From Raja brachyura (taxonomy: Eukaryota), in NCBI GenBank assembly GCA_963514005.1, contig OY740787.1, positions 67,518,001 through 67,582,000 of the forward strand: a stretch of 64,000 nt of DNA, written 5' to 3'. Below, one piece after another: positions 40,691 through 52,371 of this stretch. Position 1 is the first letter of the stretch, and every line of letters starts with the position of its first letter. Made by a program: the position numbers and the translations under genes. Under the pieces are notes generated by a model that searched no databases, was not told where the DNA came from, and saw nothing but the letters and a program-made list of their open reading frames with translations.

Positions 40691-41343
40691 CAGGCGTAAC
40701 GTGGGGAAGGACGGATAAGATGAAATAGACAATACGAGGAACTGCAGATACTGGTTTACACAATTTGCTGGAGTAACTGAGAAGTCAGACAGTATCTCTG
40801 GAGGGAATGGATTGGTGATGCTTTGGGTTGGAACTCTTCTTCAGACCTGTGTCTGAAATAGAAGTGGTTGAGAGGAAGGAGTGCCTGAGAGGGAGAGAGA
40901 GAGAGCGAGCCAGGAGAGTGAAATGGGGGTCAGTGTAGGCAGCCAAGACAGTAGACGCAGTAAAAAGGAGATAGGCAAGGGCACAAGGTGGGGTGGGGGT
41001 GCAGAGTGTGCGCACGAGTGAGAGAAATGGACAGGTACATAGGTTTAGAGGTTCATGGGACAAATGTGGGCAGGTGGGACTAGTTCAGCTGAGGCAACTT
41101 GGTCGGCATGGGCAAGTTGGGCCAAAGGGTCTGGTTTTGTGCTGCATGACTCTCTGACTATTTATTCCCACATGGGGAACAATCTGTGCTGGGCCATGTT
41201 ACATTGCCGTTCTATTCTAGGAAACAATAGTTCAATACACATTGTTTTTTTTCTTATTTTCCACATACTCTCCACACTACACAATAAAATCACAACACAC
41301 TGATTTCTGTGCAATTGGAATTTCATGCAAATCTGTAAATTAC

Positions 41344-41534
41344 CTGAGTGTTGGTTTCCAAAGAATTGTATAACACATGGACTGAAATTGTCTAGTCTCC
41401 TGTATAGAAAGGATACTTTTGATTCCATCCTCGAGGTCCAAATTTATGACATTCAGCCCACAGGCATGGAAGCAGCACAGTAAAAACAGTATTGCCTTGA
41501 ACTCTTGTTCATGTGAACACTGATCCAGAATATC
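41344..41534 (-). pseudogene. Dynein pseudo-exon DILDQCSHEQEFKAILFLLCCFHAC/AECHKFGPRGWNQKYPFYTGD*TISVHVLYNSLETNTQ
   Basis: 191 nt; 1-nt deletion near 41458 and TAG at 41392-41394; ttacag acceptor, GTAATT donor. Confidence 0.92.
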
Positions 41535-41559
41535 CTGTAAGGGAGGTATTGTGATGGTT

Positions 41560-41838
41560 TTAGTTCAGTTTTAGGTTTAGAATACAGTGTGGAAACAGGC
41601 CCTTTGGTTCAGTCCATGCCAACCATCAATCACCTGTACACTGGTTCTATGTTATCACAGTTTTGCATCCTACACATTAGGGGCAATTTACAGAAGCCAA
41701 TTAACCTACAAACCTGCATGTCTTTGGAGTGTGGGAGGAAACCAGAGCACCCGGAGAAAACCCACATGGCCACAGGGAGAACATACAAACTCCACACCGG
41801 CACTGCGTGGCAGCAGCTTTACCGCTGTGCCACCACAG
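41560..41838 (-). mobile_element. tRNA-derived V-SINE
   Basis: Family core and tail; lies about 25 bp from a dynein pseudo-exon acceptor. Confidence 0.8.
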
Positions 41839-43201
41839 TGTATAAGATAGTGTTCAGAGAGGGAATAAAAACAAGCTGATCCAAAAATATTCAGACAATT
41901 ACATTCATTACATTGTTCAGAATAGCAAACTTAAGTTGCCAGACTTGTTATTTTTATTTCATCAACAACTGAATATGCATCCAATGGTTTATTTCATTTT
42001 TGCTGACAAAATATAAATGCACTATTAATTCTAAATTCCCCAATGCCTGTGGAGTTTTCAAGTTTTTTAATGTAGTTCTCATTGGTCTCATCGGTAGTTT
42101 TAATGGAGACTCATGAGACTGTAGATGCTGGAATATTGACCAAAAATGAATGGCTGGAGAAACTCGCTGAGTCAGGCAGCATCTGTGGAGGGAAAGGGAC
42201 TGGTGGTGTTTTGGGTTGAACCCTTCTTCAGACTCACTCTGTAACTTTAGTTCTTAATGCTGATACTTGTTTTCAATGGTTGAAAAGAGCTACAGTATGT
42301 GCATATTGTGGACCAGCTTCTGTTACGCTACATTATGGAGATAGATCATCTTGCCTGACATTACCATTTTACAATTAATCTACAAATAGAACACAGATCG
42401 GTAAAATAAATTACAAATAAGAAATTTTGGAAGATTCCTTTTGTGTAGACAAACATTTTCACTTTTATAGATTACATTTTTAGATTGACCATAGTGAATT
42501 AAGCAAGGCAAGTAGCTGACCTCAATTCCTTTTCCATTCACTCACTCAGAAAGCATCTGGTTTCAACTCTGTGAATATCCACAAGGCAAGGATGAGATCA
42601 ATAACGTTGAATTGTCTTAGACACATATTCTCATTATATCTTTGACAAGGCTGCCTGAGTGGAATTTACACCTTCTCCCTATGATCATGTCGGTTTCTTC
42701 TGAATATTCCGGGTTCCTTTCACACACTAAGAATGTGCAGATTTGTAGGCTAACAGGCCACTGTAAATTGTCCCTGATATGTCAGTGAATCTTGGATGGG
42801 GGGGGATGGGGTGGGGGAAGAAAATGATCATACAGAATAAAATGGGTTATGCTAGTAATAAAAATGGACGCTTAATGGTTGGTATGGAGTCAATGGGCCT
42901 GTTTCCATGATGTGTCTCTATGATACTAGGAATCACATATATAGCTACATAGCAATGAAAAACAAGATTTCACATTAAAGATTAATGCAAATATAAAAAA
43001 CAAATGCATTTCCCTCCTCCATAAGCAAAGCTGAATGCCCTACACTTAAAAATCTTAAGTCAAACATTTTAGTACAATTTGGTTTTTAAAAAAGTCAGTT
43101 CCAAATTTATAATTCTCATTTATGCCCCATGCACCGAATATTTCAGCTGCAAATCAATTTTTATTCTCTATGTCAAAATATTGAGGTGATATCAGCCATA
43201 C

Positions 43202-43428
43202 CTGATCAAAATTATCCAAAGCTGCATGGAGATTAGCTAACATACCAGTTGGTGGTTCATTGGTAATTTTGATTGAGTCCTCGAGGATTCCTTGCGGAAT
43301 AATATGCTCTTCAGGAGTTGGAGCAGATTGGGCACTCATGAATGCATGATAGTCTGGGTGGGATCCTTCACTGCAATTTTCCAGAAGTTGTTCTAAAATA
43401 CCGAACCATTTAGCCACTAATGAACGTT
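43202..43428 (-). pseudogene. Dynein pseudo-exon [17 protein letters not shown]…[35 protein letters not shown]
   Basis: 227 nt, one base short of 76 codons. The acceptor frame reads AAC GTT CAT TAG (stop). GTATGG donor. Confidence 0.93.
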
Positions 43429-43603
43429 CTGCAGGCAATTTGAATAATTTTTTGATTTATCATTGAAGACTTTTTACATACCATCAGAGTATGTACACAT
43501 CTATTTTATGGATCACATTACTAATTAATCATAATTTTAAAACATTTCTTAAAAGTGAAACATTTGCAAAAAAGAAAAAAAGAACTGCTCTGGTAGTCTA
43601 AGT

Positions 43604-43804
43604 CAGGGGTTCCCAACCTTCTTTGTCCTGTTTATCCCTGGCAACTTTAATAGCACATAACAATGTTATTTCACTTATTTGTGAACAACTAATGATGTCA
43701 GTCAATGAGAAAAATATGTACAAAACCAGAATCAACAAATTTACCCGTTGGGTAGGCAAAATGTACCCCCTGGGGGTTAATATACCCCAGGTTTGGAACA
43801 TTTA
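43604..43804. mobile_element. hAT (Charlie/Buster-type) MITE
   Basis: 8-bp TSD GTCTAAGT (43596-43603, 43805-43812); left TIR CAGGGGTTCCCAACCT, degenerate right TIR AGGTTTGGAACATTTA. Confidence 0.8.
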
Positions 43805-43888
43805 GTCTAAGTGCAGTCTCTCAGTATCTGAAAATGACTTAGATCCATTCTGGTTTTGTGGGTTCAGAGGTTGTTAATGATTACCATA

Positions 43889-44570
43889 TGGGCGTGTCCC
43901 ACTTAGGCGACTGGAACACAACTGGAATGGCGACTGTCAGAGTGGAACACACCTACACAACGCTTCCTTCACCGGCCCGTTTTGCAGGTGGGGGACACGG
44001 CAAGCGGGGGGAGCGCTGTCTGAGTGAAATTCACACGGTGCAAAGCCAAGGAGATACCGTGATGAACAGGAAGGTTGGTGCTGTAATTAAGACGGCTAAA
44101 GCACAGTGTACGGTAAGTTCTTTAAAAACAGGGGGGGGGGGGGGGAAGAAGGGAGAAGATATGAAGACAACTTTTAAGAAGCCAGAGATACACAGCTGTG
44201 AAGCTCGGCGGACATTAACATTACCGGTTATCCTTGGTTCTGAAAACTACTGCTTACGTTTTTCTTCCCAATGAGCCAATTAAATTCATGGGTCAGCGCC
44301 AGCTACAACCTACAAGAACCTATGCTTCGACTTCCTGGCAACCCACTAGGACCTTCTGGCGATCCACCTACGGCACGGGAATTTTGTTAATCTCCATGGC
44401 GGTTTCATTCTAGTCGCCGCAAATTTTTCAACATGTGACCATAATGAGGCTGCGACTAGTTCCCAGAATGCGGGAACTCCTCACGACCACGAAAGCAACT
44501 CCCCGGCAACCACCCATGAACATGTGGCGACTGCATAGTCTCTTGCAGTCGCCTAAGTGGGACAGGCCCA
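43889..44570. mobile_element. PIF/Harbinger-type MITE
   Basis: 24-bp TIRs TGGGCGTGTCCCACTTAGGCGACT / AGTCGCCTAAGTGGGACAGGCCCA (1 mismatch); 3-bp ATA on both flanks. Confidence 0.85.
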
Positions 44571-44791
44571 ATAGAGTCTTCTACAGATGGGGCAAGGCAG
44601 TGGCTGGCAGTGCAAGTGGTTGGTAAGTTAATGAGACATCTGCCCACCAGGACAGATCTTGGAATAGAGTATCCATTTTGGGGAGTCTAGTGTTGGGTAT
44701 GCAAATAACAAGGCTTGTCCAACTGAATATAAGTAGGAATTCAATACTAGGGAGTTGGCCAGGGAGAGAACACCAACAATGATTCCCTATG

Positions 44792-45085
44792 GGGCAGAGG
44801 TAGAGCTGCTGCCTCACAGTGCCACAGACCCCGGTTTCATTTGACTACCTGTTGTCTGTGCAGAGTTTGCATGTTCTCCCTGTGACCGCGTGGGTTTTCT
44901 CCGGTGCTCTGGTTTCCTCCCGCACTCCAAAGACGTGCAGGTTTGCAGGTTAATTGGCCTCTGTAAATTGCCTCTAGTGTATGGGATGAGAAAGTGTGAT
45001 AACATAGAAGTAGCTTACGTGTGATCAATGGTCGGCATGGGTTGAAGGGCCTGTTTCCATGCTATATCTCAAAACTAAACTAAAC
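44792..45085 (+). mobile_element. tRNA-derived V-SINE
   Basis: Family head/core and (AAACT)n tail. Confidence 0.82.
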
Positions 45086-46614
45086 CAAATCTACCCATGT
45101 GGTAAATTTGGAGGATTTTGCAAAGGCAGCTTTGGTGACATTTCTCTAGTATCATTGTGTGGATAGTCCAGGTCTGAGGGATTGATTATCAAATATCCTT
45201 CCACTCAATCAGCCAAAGGCTATGCTGGTAAACTGGAGCATTTGACATGTATCATCATCAATAAAAGGTGGTTCCTGAGCTATGGCAACTGGTCCATGTT
45301 TTCCAGGGTGTCACCGTGAATCTTTATTATCTGAGGGGAGCATGGTGCAACAGGATGCATTTAGTATAGGATCTTTGAGTAGAAGGGTCATCTGCCCATA
45401 TAGGTCAGTGAAAACATTAGTGATAGCGTGGAGCTTCAGTGCACGAACAGCTTAACTATAGAGGTTTGGGTAATCTTAGTTCTGGGATGTGGTCACCATA
45501 GGTTGAAGATTTTCCCATTAACAGAGTAGCTCCACTGCTACAGGTGGTTTGATGCAGCAAGGCAGATCAAGAAAAGTGTTGAAATAAAGGTGCCTCAACA
45601 GCAGTGTTCACGGAAAATGGTTCGGTTGTAGAACCAGTGGTAAAGATTATGGCTTGCATGGCATCAAAGAGTAAGTGAAAGATGGAAATGTATTTCTATG
45701 GATCGATGAATTTTGAAATTGTGAACCGTTCACACTGGCCCTCACTCACTGCCAACATGGGGTTTGCAAGTTCTCCTTGTGAACGCCTGGGTTTCCTTCT
45801 CATGCTAAGATTTCCTCCAAATGTAACGTAAACAGATGGACAAGAAATTGGTGATGTTTCAGGTCAAGACCCTTCCTCAGACAGTCTCGACCCAAAATGT
45901 TACCCTTCCTTCTCTCTAGCGATGTTGCATGTCCCACTGAGTTACTCCAGCATTTTGTGTCTATGTTCAGTTTAAACCAGCATCTGCAGTTCCTTCTTAC
46001 ACTAACCTATCTATATTATTTGTACACTTATGTTTCGTAAGTTATTTTACTGTCTTTGTATCAACCTTCATACCTTCAGTTCATTCATCCGTCATTTAGA
46101 CAATCTGTACGAATTGAAGCCCCAGCAATGATCTCTGTAACATATCACTCATTTGATCATCTCAAGCAGAAAAAGACCCATTATTGAAACCTTTCCATTT
46201 CCTGTTAGCCAGCCAATTTTCTATTCATGCCAATATGTTAGCTCCTACACCATGAGTTTTCATTTTCCATTACAATCTTTGATATGGTGCCTGTCAAATG
46301 TCTTCTAGAAATCTAACAATACTACATCCTTTGGTTCTATTTTATCCACATTATTTTGTCAAAAAATTCCAATTAATTCGTCATGAATTATTTCCCTGTC
46401 ACAAAACTGTACTTGAAATTATGAAACAAACACATTACAGTTGGACACAAAGTGCTGGAGTAACTCAGTGGGTCAGGAGGCATATCTGGGAAACCTATCA
46501 ATGTTCTCCAGAGATGCTGCCTCATCCACTGCGTTACTCCAGCACCTTGTGTCTTATTTTGTAAACCAACATCTGCAGTTCCTTGTTTTTAAATTACAGT
46601 GCAGCATAACTTGC

Positions 46615-46742
46615 CTGCAGGATAACAAGGTGTCCTTCTTTAGATGCTTAAACGAGAGCTTGTTCAGCAATTGCCCCTTACCCTTGCCCAAGGGATACAT
46701 TGTGGTATTTTCCAGGATCAATGGTGAATCCAATCTTTTTTC
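46615..46742 (-). pseudogene. Dynein pseudo-exon [41 protein letters not shown] (AAA6 region)
   Basis: atgcag acceptor, GCAAGT (GC) donor; in-frame TAA at 46678-46680 and 46648-46650; HNVSLGQG dynein signature. Confidence 0.92.
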
Positions 46743-46784
46743 CTGCATGAAATGATAAAAAACAGTAATATTTATGCAATGTGG

Positions 46785-47602
46785 CACGACTGATGTTGCA
46801 GCGGCCTCTGCAGTCAGTCTATCTTTTTTTATTCTTTGTCCCGTTGGGTGTATAGTTTGTAATTGATTTTTATTGTTTTTAACTGTGTATGTGTGGGGGG
46901 GGGCAGGGGTGGGAGAAACTTTAAAATCCCTTCCCTGCACCAGAGTCCCGACCTTTTCCTTGTCGGGTCTCCGTTGTCGTTGGGGAGCACCATGGAGCGG
47001 CCTCCAACCAGAATGACCTGGGGGCTCCAGTTGCGGAACCTGCGGGCTCACCATCGTGGGGCTAGCTGGCTTCAGAGCGTGGAGAGCTGTGGTGGCTCGC
47101 CCCTGCGGCCCGACTCTGGAGCTCGGAGGCTCCAGCCACAGGTCTGGTGGACGGTGACATCGGGAGCTCGCGGATCCCTGGTGGGAGACCGCTTTTCGGA
47201 GCTCCCGCATCGGCAATTTCTCCCGCCCGAGGTGCGGGGTTGAAGGCGACCCGGAGTGGGGCCTTACATCGCCTGGCACGGCTTTAACGGCCGCGGGACT
47301 TGCAAGCGCCCGCCGGGGCCTCCAACATCAAGACCCGGGCAGGGCCTTACATCGCCTGGCGCGGCCTTAATGGCTGCGGGACTTGCCACCGCCTGCCGGG
47401 GGCTTTGACATCGGGAGAAGAATGGAGAGCAGGGGAGACTTTGCCTTCCATCACAGCAAGGAGGAAATTACCTGTGATGGATGTTTGTGTAAATTGTGTT
47501 GGTGCGTGATTTGGTTCTTTTCTTGTTGTATGACTGCAGAAACCAAATTTCGTTTGAACTTCATTTGAGGTTCAAATGACAATAAACGGTATTGTATTGT
47601 AT
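46785..47602 (+). mobile_element. GC-rich non-autonomous LINE-derived element
   Basis: CpG-rich body, internal repeat GGGCCTTACATCGCCTGGC x2, 3' end CAAATGACAATAAA followed by (GTATT)n; related to 52625-53355. Confidence 0.6.
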
Positions 47603-47772
47603 GTTGAGTGCCACAGACAGCAGCATTTCATTTGACTTTGAGCTCATCACAGGAACCGTAAAGAATCCAAGTGTTGCAAAATTATATTATTCAAACAGAG
47701 TTCGAGGTAGCTGCATATTCATGTCAAGTATCACTACTGTAGTGGTTGAAGTATCCAATGCAGCTTCATCGC

Positions 47773-48415
47773 CAGAAGAAGTGCTCCGATCGCTGGCCCG
47801 GGGACTACGACATCCTGAAGCCATGGTCTGCGGAGCTTCTAGCTGCGGGTGCGGCGTTGACTTTCCATCGCGGAGCCAGGCGATCCCTTGCCGGAGATCA
47901 GCAGAAGAAGTGCTCCGACCGCCGGCCTGCGGCCTATAATATCCTGAAGCCGTGGTCTGCGGAGCTTCTAGCTGCGGGTGCGGCGTTGACTTTCCATCGC
48001 GGAGCCTGGGATCCTTTGCAGGGGATCACTGGAGAAGAGCTCTAACCGCCGGCCTGCGGCCTATAACATCGTGAAGACCTGGTCTCCGGTAGGAAGTGGC
48101 CAATTCGGGACCTCCAAGCTGCGGAGTGTCCGTCCGTCCCGACAACGGAGTTTCAAGCATCCCGACGAGAGTGCCTGTTCATCGGGCCATCCGTAACGGC
48201 GACTGCGGAGGGTTCATGGCCCCGACCACGGATGAACAAAGGAGGAGGATTGACTGAATGTTATTGCCTTCCACCACATTGAAGAACGTTGGTGGATGTT
48301 CATGTTGTATTTTATTGTGTATCGTGCTCTTTTGTTTGTATGACTGCATGGTAAGTCAAATTCCACTGTACCTTGATTGGTGAATGTGGCAATAAATGTG
48401 AACTTGAACTTGATA
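47773..48415 (+). mobile_element. GC-rich non-autonomous element with ~129-bp internal tandem repeat and (TGAACT)n tail
   Basis: Units start near 47773, 47902 and 48032; ends …GGCAATAAATGTGAACTTGAACTTGA. Confidence 0.65.
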
Positions 48416-48454
48416 CATAAATAATATGAATATTTACATTTTACCTTGATAGTG

Positions 48455-48745
48455 ACACACAGGGTGCAAATGACAAGATCAGCCTTACAGCGTTTGCAGC
48501 ACCAGATACCCGGGTTCGGTCCCAACTACGGGTGCTGTCTGTACCGAGTTTGTACGTTCTCCCCATGACCGAGTGGGTTTTCTCCAAATTCTTCGGTTTC
48601 CTCCCACACTTGAAAGACGTACAGGTTTGTAGGTAAATTGGCTTGGTAGTGTGTAGAATAGTGTTAATGTGAGGAGATCGCTAGTAGGTGCGGACTCGGT
48701 GGGCCGAAAGGCCTGTTTCCGTGCTGTATCTCTAAATTAAACTGA
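48455..48745 (+). mobile_element. tRNA-derived V-SINE
   Basis: CCCGGGTTCGGTCC B box, core, tail. Confidence 0.8.
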
Positions 48746-50449
48746 AAAACAAAACTAATCTGTACCAGAGAGCAGCAAATAAACAGTTTTACCAAAGTTA
48801 TATGGCACCAAGTCTCTAATAAACCTCAATCAGTGCTTCACATAGTGCTTCACATATTTTTGTCTCAAGTTTTAAATCATGGCATTCTGCAAATTTCTAT
48901 GAGTTCTTCGTTTGCTTTAAAAAAGAACGATTTATTGCGTTTGAAGTAGACGCAAGGTATTTGCTGTTGTGCTCGGACATATCATGGCATTCTAATAAAA
49001 AAAAGCAGAAAATACAAATCAGTGGAAGTTTGTGCTTAAGTGAGTAATATTTTTAAATAATAGGCAAAAAAAAACAAAAGAAGGAGAGGACGTGGAATGT
49101 TATACAATTGAGATGCATATCTACACCCTGAATGAAGGAGCATATGGATAGAAAAGGCAGACAAGGATGGGATAAGAATCCAAAAATATATATATTTACA
49201 TTAAAAAATTGTACAAATGCCAGTCCCCCGATTTTGTTGCTAAATTGTTTACATTTTTAGATCTAGGTTTTTAAATTTAATAACCACATGATTCATAACA
49301 GCGGCTATAATAAAAGGTTGGATTTAGAAAAAATTGAGCCTGAAGATTCTATTAGTTGGCACGATCTTTTTGTAGATTCGGTCAAAACATGAGCATACTA
49401 GGTACACTTGCACTGGTTGGAGGTTTGGTTTGGCACAATTTGTGCAAGAGTCTACTGGACACATTTGTGATGTCGAATTGGCTGCATTGCATGTTTTATA
49501 CAAAACTGAAATTCACACTGCAAAGCAGGTCTGAACCAGGGTTGCTTGCTGCTAATGAAAGAGGTTTAATCTTATCAAATTTCATTTTAAAGAGTCCAAA
49601 GACGCATCATAAATTTCCAGGGAGGTCCTCTTCAAGTAGTTTTCTCAACCTTCACAACTAAATCACAGGCGATGCCCTCAAGAACTCCTAAGGCCTATTA
49701 AACCCAATCCCCATCCAATCACCTCTCTGTCTACCTCTCAGCCCTTATCCCTAATTACCCCTCTGCCTGAATTAGACCCCTAACTTCTGACGAACCCATT
49801 AGCCGACTGTTACCATAAACAATCATAAAAATGCAGGACCAATCCAATCCAGTTATTTAACACAAATTCTCTTTGCAATCAGCTATACGATGGGAGGTGG
49901 TGTTGATGGTACATTGAAGCAGCACTTAATTAGCAATAACCTGCTTACTGATGCTCCGTTTGGATTTTGCCAGGATCACTTGACTAAAAGCATCTTGGGC
50001 CTCATGAGTGACTTATTTTTGCTGCAGGTGTCATGCATAAAAACCTGCAAAGGCCACTACACAGTGCTGCATTCACATAATGTTCTCAATACCATGGAAT
50101 CTCTAGCCTAGAACAAGTCTAAATTAAAAGGGGATGTAAGCTATTTCAAATCTATGAAATAGTGGAAGAATTATAGTGAGATAATGGGCCAGATATGCAC
50201 AATCATTTACTTTCAGTTGCAGTTAAAAATGTGCTGCTCACACTTCAGCTCATCACAGATTTCAGTGCCAGATGTGAAATGCATCTGCCCCTCAACTATA
50301 CGCCAGGGACTGCTAGCATAAGGAGCACCACCCCAAATATTTAAATTGAATTGTTGATCTTTGGTTGGAAGACGTGCAATTAACCATTTAATTGTTTAAT
50401 TTTGTCTTAAAGTTGCAATTGAATTTCTAAAACAGCAAGGTATTGATAG

Positions 50450-50623
50450 GGCGGACAGTGGTACATCGGTAGTTGATGCCTTTCAGTGCCAGAGACCCAG
50501 GTTCACTTCTGACTACGGTGCTGTCTGTACAGAGTTTGTACCTTCACCCTGTTACCTGTGTTTTTTCTTCGAGTGCTCTGATTTCCTCCCACATTCCAAA
50601 CACATGCAGGTTTGTAGGTTAAT
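50450..50623 (+). mobile_element. 5' half of a V-SINE interrupted by the DIRS element (3' half at 55663-55778)
   Basis: …GTTTGTAGGTT-AAT-TGGGCTCAGTAAATTGTCCCTA is restored when the DIRS element is removed. Confidence 0.85.
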
Positions 50624-51042
50624 AGTAAGATTAAATGAGAACTTACCTGTTTGAAGTTTGATCTTTATTTTATGAGGAGTTACGATGAGGGATTACGTGC
50701 AGAAGCCCAATCAGGCGCATGTTCCGCATACTTAAAAGCAGCGGCGTGAAAAACACAGAACCAATATCTGGAGTAAGATAGTAAGGATCACAAAGATTAG
50801 AACGACCAGATGATCATTTATATTATGAGGGTTGGGAGCGGAAGGCACGAAATCCCTCATCGTAACTCCTCATGAAATAAAGATCAAACTTCGAACAGGT
50901 AAGTTCTTGTTTAATCTTACTATTTTACTTCGGAGTCACGTGAGTGACTATGTGAAGATTTTAAAGCTCTGTGATTTTCATGCCGTAGATCATTCCATAC
51001 GACACACTGCTTCAGTTTACCCAGTAGTGAGTAAATAATATA

Positions 51043-51173
51043 NNNNNNNNNNNNNNNNNNNNNNNNNNNNNNNNNNNNNNNNNNNNNNNNNNNNNNNNNN
51101 NNNNNNNNNNNNNNNNNNNNNNNNNNNNNNNNNNNNNNNNNNNNNNNNNNNNNNNNNNNNNNNNNNNNNNNNN
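51043..51173. other. Assembly gap (131 N)
   Basis: Run of n inside the DIRS element. Confidence 1.
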
Positions 51174-52286
51174 AGGGGAAATAACAACAAATATTATGCA
51201 ACAAAGCAAACAATTTTGAATAGAACCCAACACAGCTTGTGCAACCCTGGCACTGTAACAACAGGTTTATCATAAATCTAGGAACATTTCTTTTTTAGAC
51301 CATCCTGCGGTCTCCAGAATTCGGTCGAGCAGCACGTCCTGCAACTTCGCCGTGGACATTGATACCGCCCTTGTGGAGTGAGATTTAAACACATCAGTGT
51401 CGACTCCAGTTAATCCAGAATCTGTTTATCCATCTAGAAATAGTTTGTACCGTCATTTTTATATGTTTCTTGTGGGTAATGAACATTGGTGTCTCACAAT
51501 CTCGGAGACTCTTAATTCAATATATATTAATTCAGATGCTTAACCACACACAATGTTTAGTTGACAGAGTATGTCTTAACGATTACATTGGTTCCAGCCT
51601 TTCTTGGCTTGCTTTGCTTGCTTAGATCATTGACATAAAACGTTATTTTATCTACAGACAACTGTATACAATCTAACCACAACATTTGTAATGTTTGTAC
51701 TCATTGTGCTGATATTAATGGTATGAGCATAACCGCTTTAAATATTGACTTCTGAAAAGACAGTGTCGTAATTGGAGTCCATTGCCGAAGCAATGTGAGA
51801 ACTATACTGACATCCCAGATTTCTGAATATCTGGGTTTGGTAGGATTTTTATTAAATTCCTCTCATAAATCAGGATATTAACAGATGAGACCCGATAATT
51901 GTCGATTCTGAAATTGTCCTAAATAAGAGGACAAAACACTCCGAGCTCCATTCATGGTACTATAACTCAGGTGCAACATAACAAGGAACTCCAATACATC
52001 CGATATATTTGCAGTATGATAAAATATATCTGACTGTATACAAAAGATTTTCCATTCTTTATATGAAACATATATTGTTTCTTAGTGCTATTTCTCCACA
52101 CTGCAGTTATGACATCCATGGTCCTATCCGACATTCGATCAAAACCTGCAGATTAACAATTAATACAGTCATGTAATGGATGACTACTGCAGTTACTGGA
52201 TGTACCAACAATTACTGCACCTGGGATTTGTCATGAATGTCTGAATCATCATTCTGAGCACCAATGGGAACAATGGCTGTGTAGTA

Positions 52287-52371
52287 ATGGTCCCTAGATA
52301 AGGGACGTATCAGATATTAACTGATAAGAACAGATATTACACTTGATCTTAGCCAAAAGGCCGAGAACAAT
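52287..52371 (-). pseudogene. RNU2: U2 snRNA 5' fragment (about nt 1-88), 3'-truncated
   Basis: Minus strand reads ATTGTTCTCGGCCTTTTGGCTAAGATCAAGTGTAATATCTGTTCTTATCAGTTAATATCTGATACGTCCCTTATCTAGGGACCAT. It lacks the Sm site, and the branch-pairing GTAGTA is mutated to GTAATA. Confidence 0.93.

Larger units (their letters stand above)
25805..46742 (-). pseudogene. DNAH11-like axonemal (outer-arm beta-type) dynein heavy chain, 3' part, disabled
   Basis: Nine collinear exons with splice sites: 46615-46742, 43202-43428, 41344-41534, 38843-38956, 37321-37563, 36421-36603, 34818-34933, 28207-28318, 25805-26039. Three nonsense codons, at least five frameshifts, one expected exon not found. Confidence 0.9.

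Noticed and set aside
25805-46742. Functional DNAH11 gene
   Set aside because: Three in-frame nonsense codons, several frameshifts and a missing exon; no gene symbol assigned because orthology is untested.
46554-47279. 241-aa ORF on the - strand
   Set aside because: Chance read-through of a GC-rich repeat into the wrong frame of a dynein pseudo-exon and a Penelope tail.
47773-48085. CRISPR-like or coding repeat array
   Set aside because: Whole ~129-bp units are repeated with no unique spacers; eukaryotic TE-internal tandem repeat.
52287-52371. Functional U2 snRNA gene or a U2-targeting retroelement (Keno/Utopia) site
   Set aside because: No Sm site, PSE or 3' box; branch-pairing sequence mutated; both flanks are DIRS coding sequence rather than a non-LTR element.
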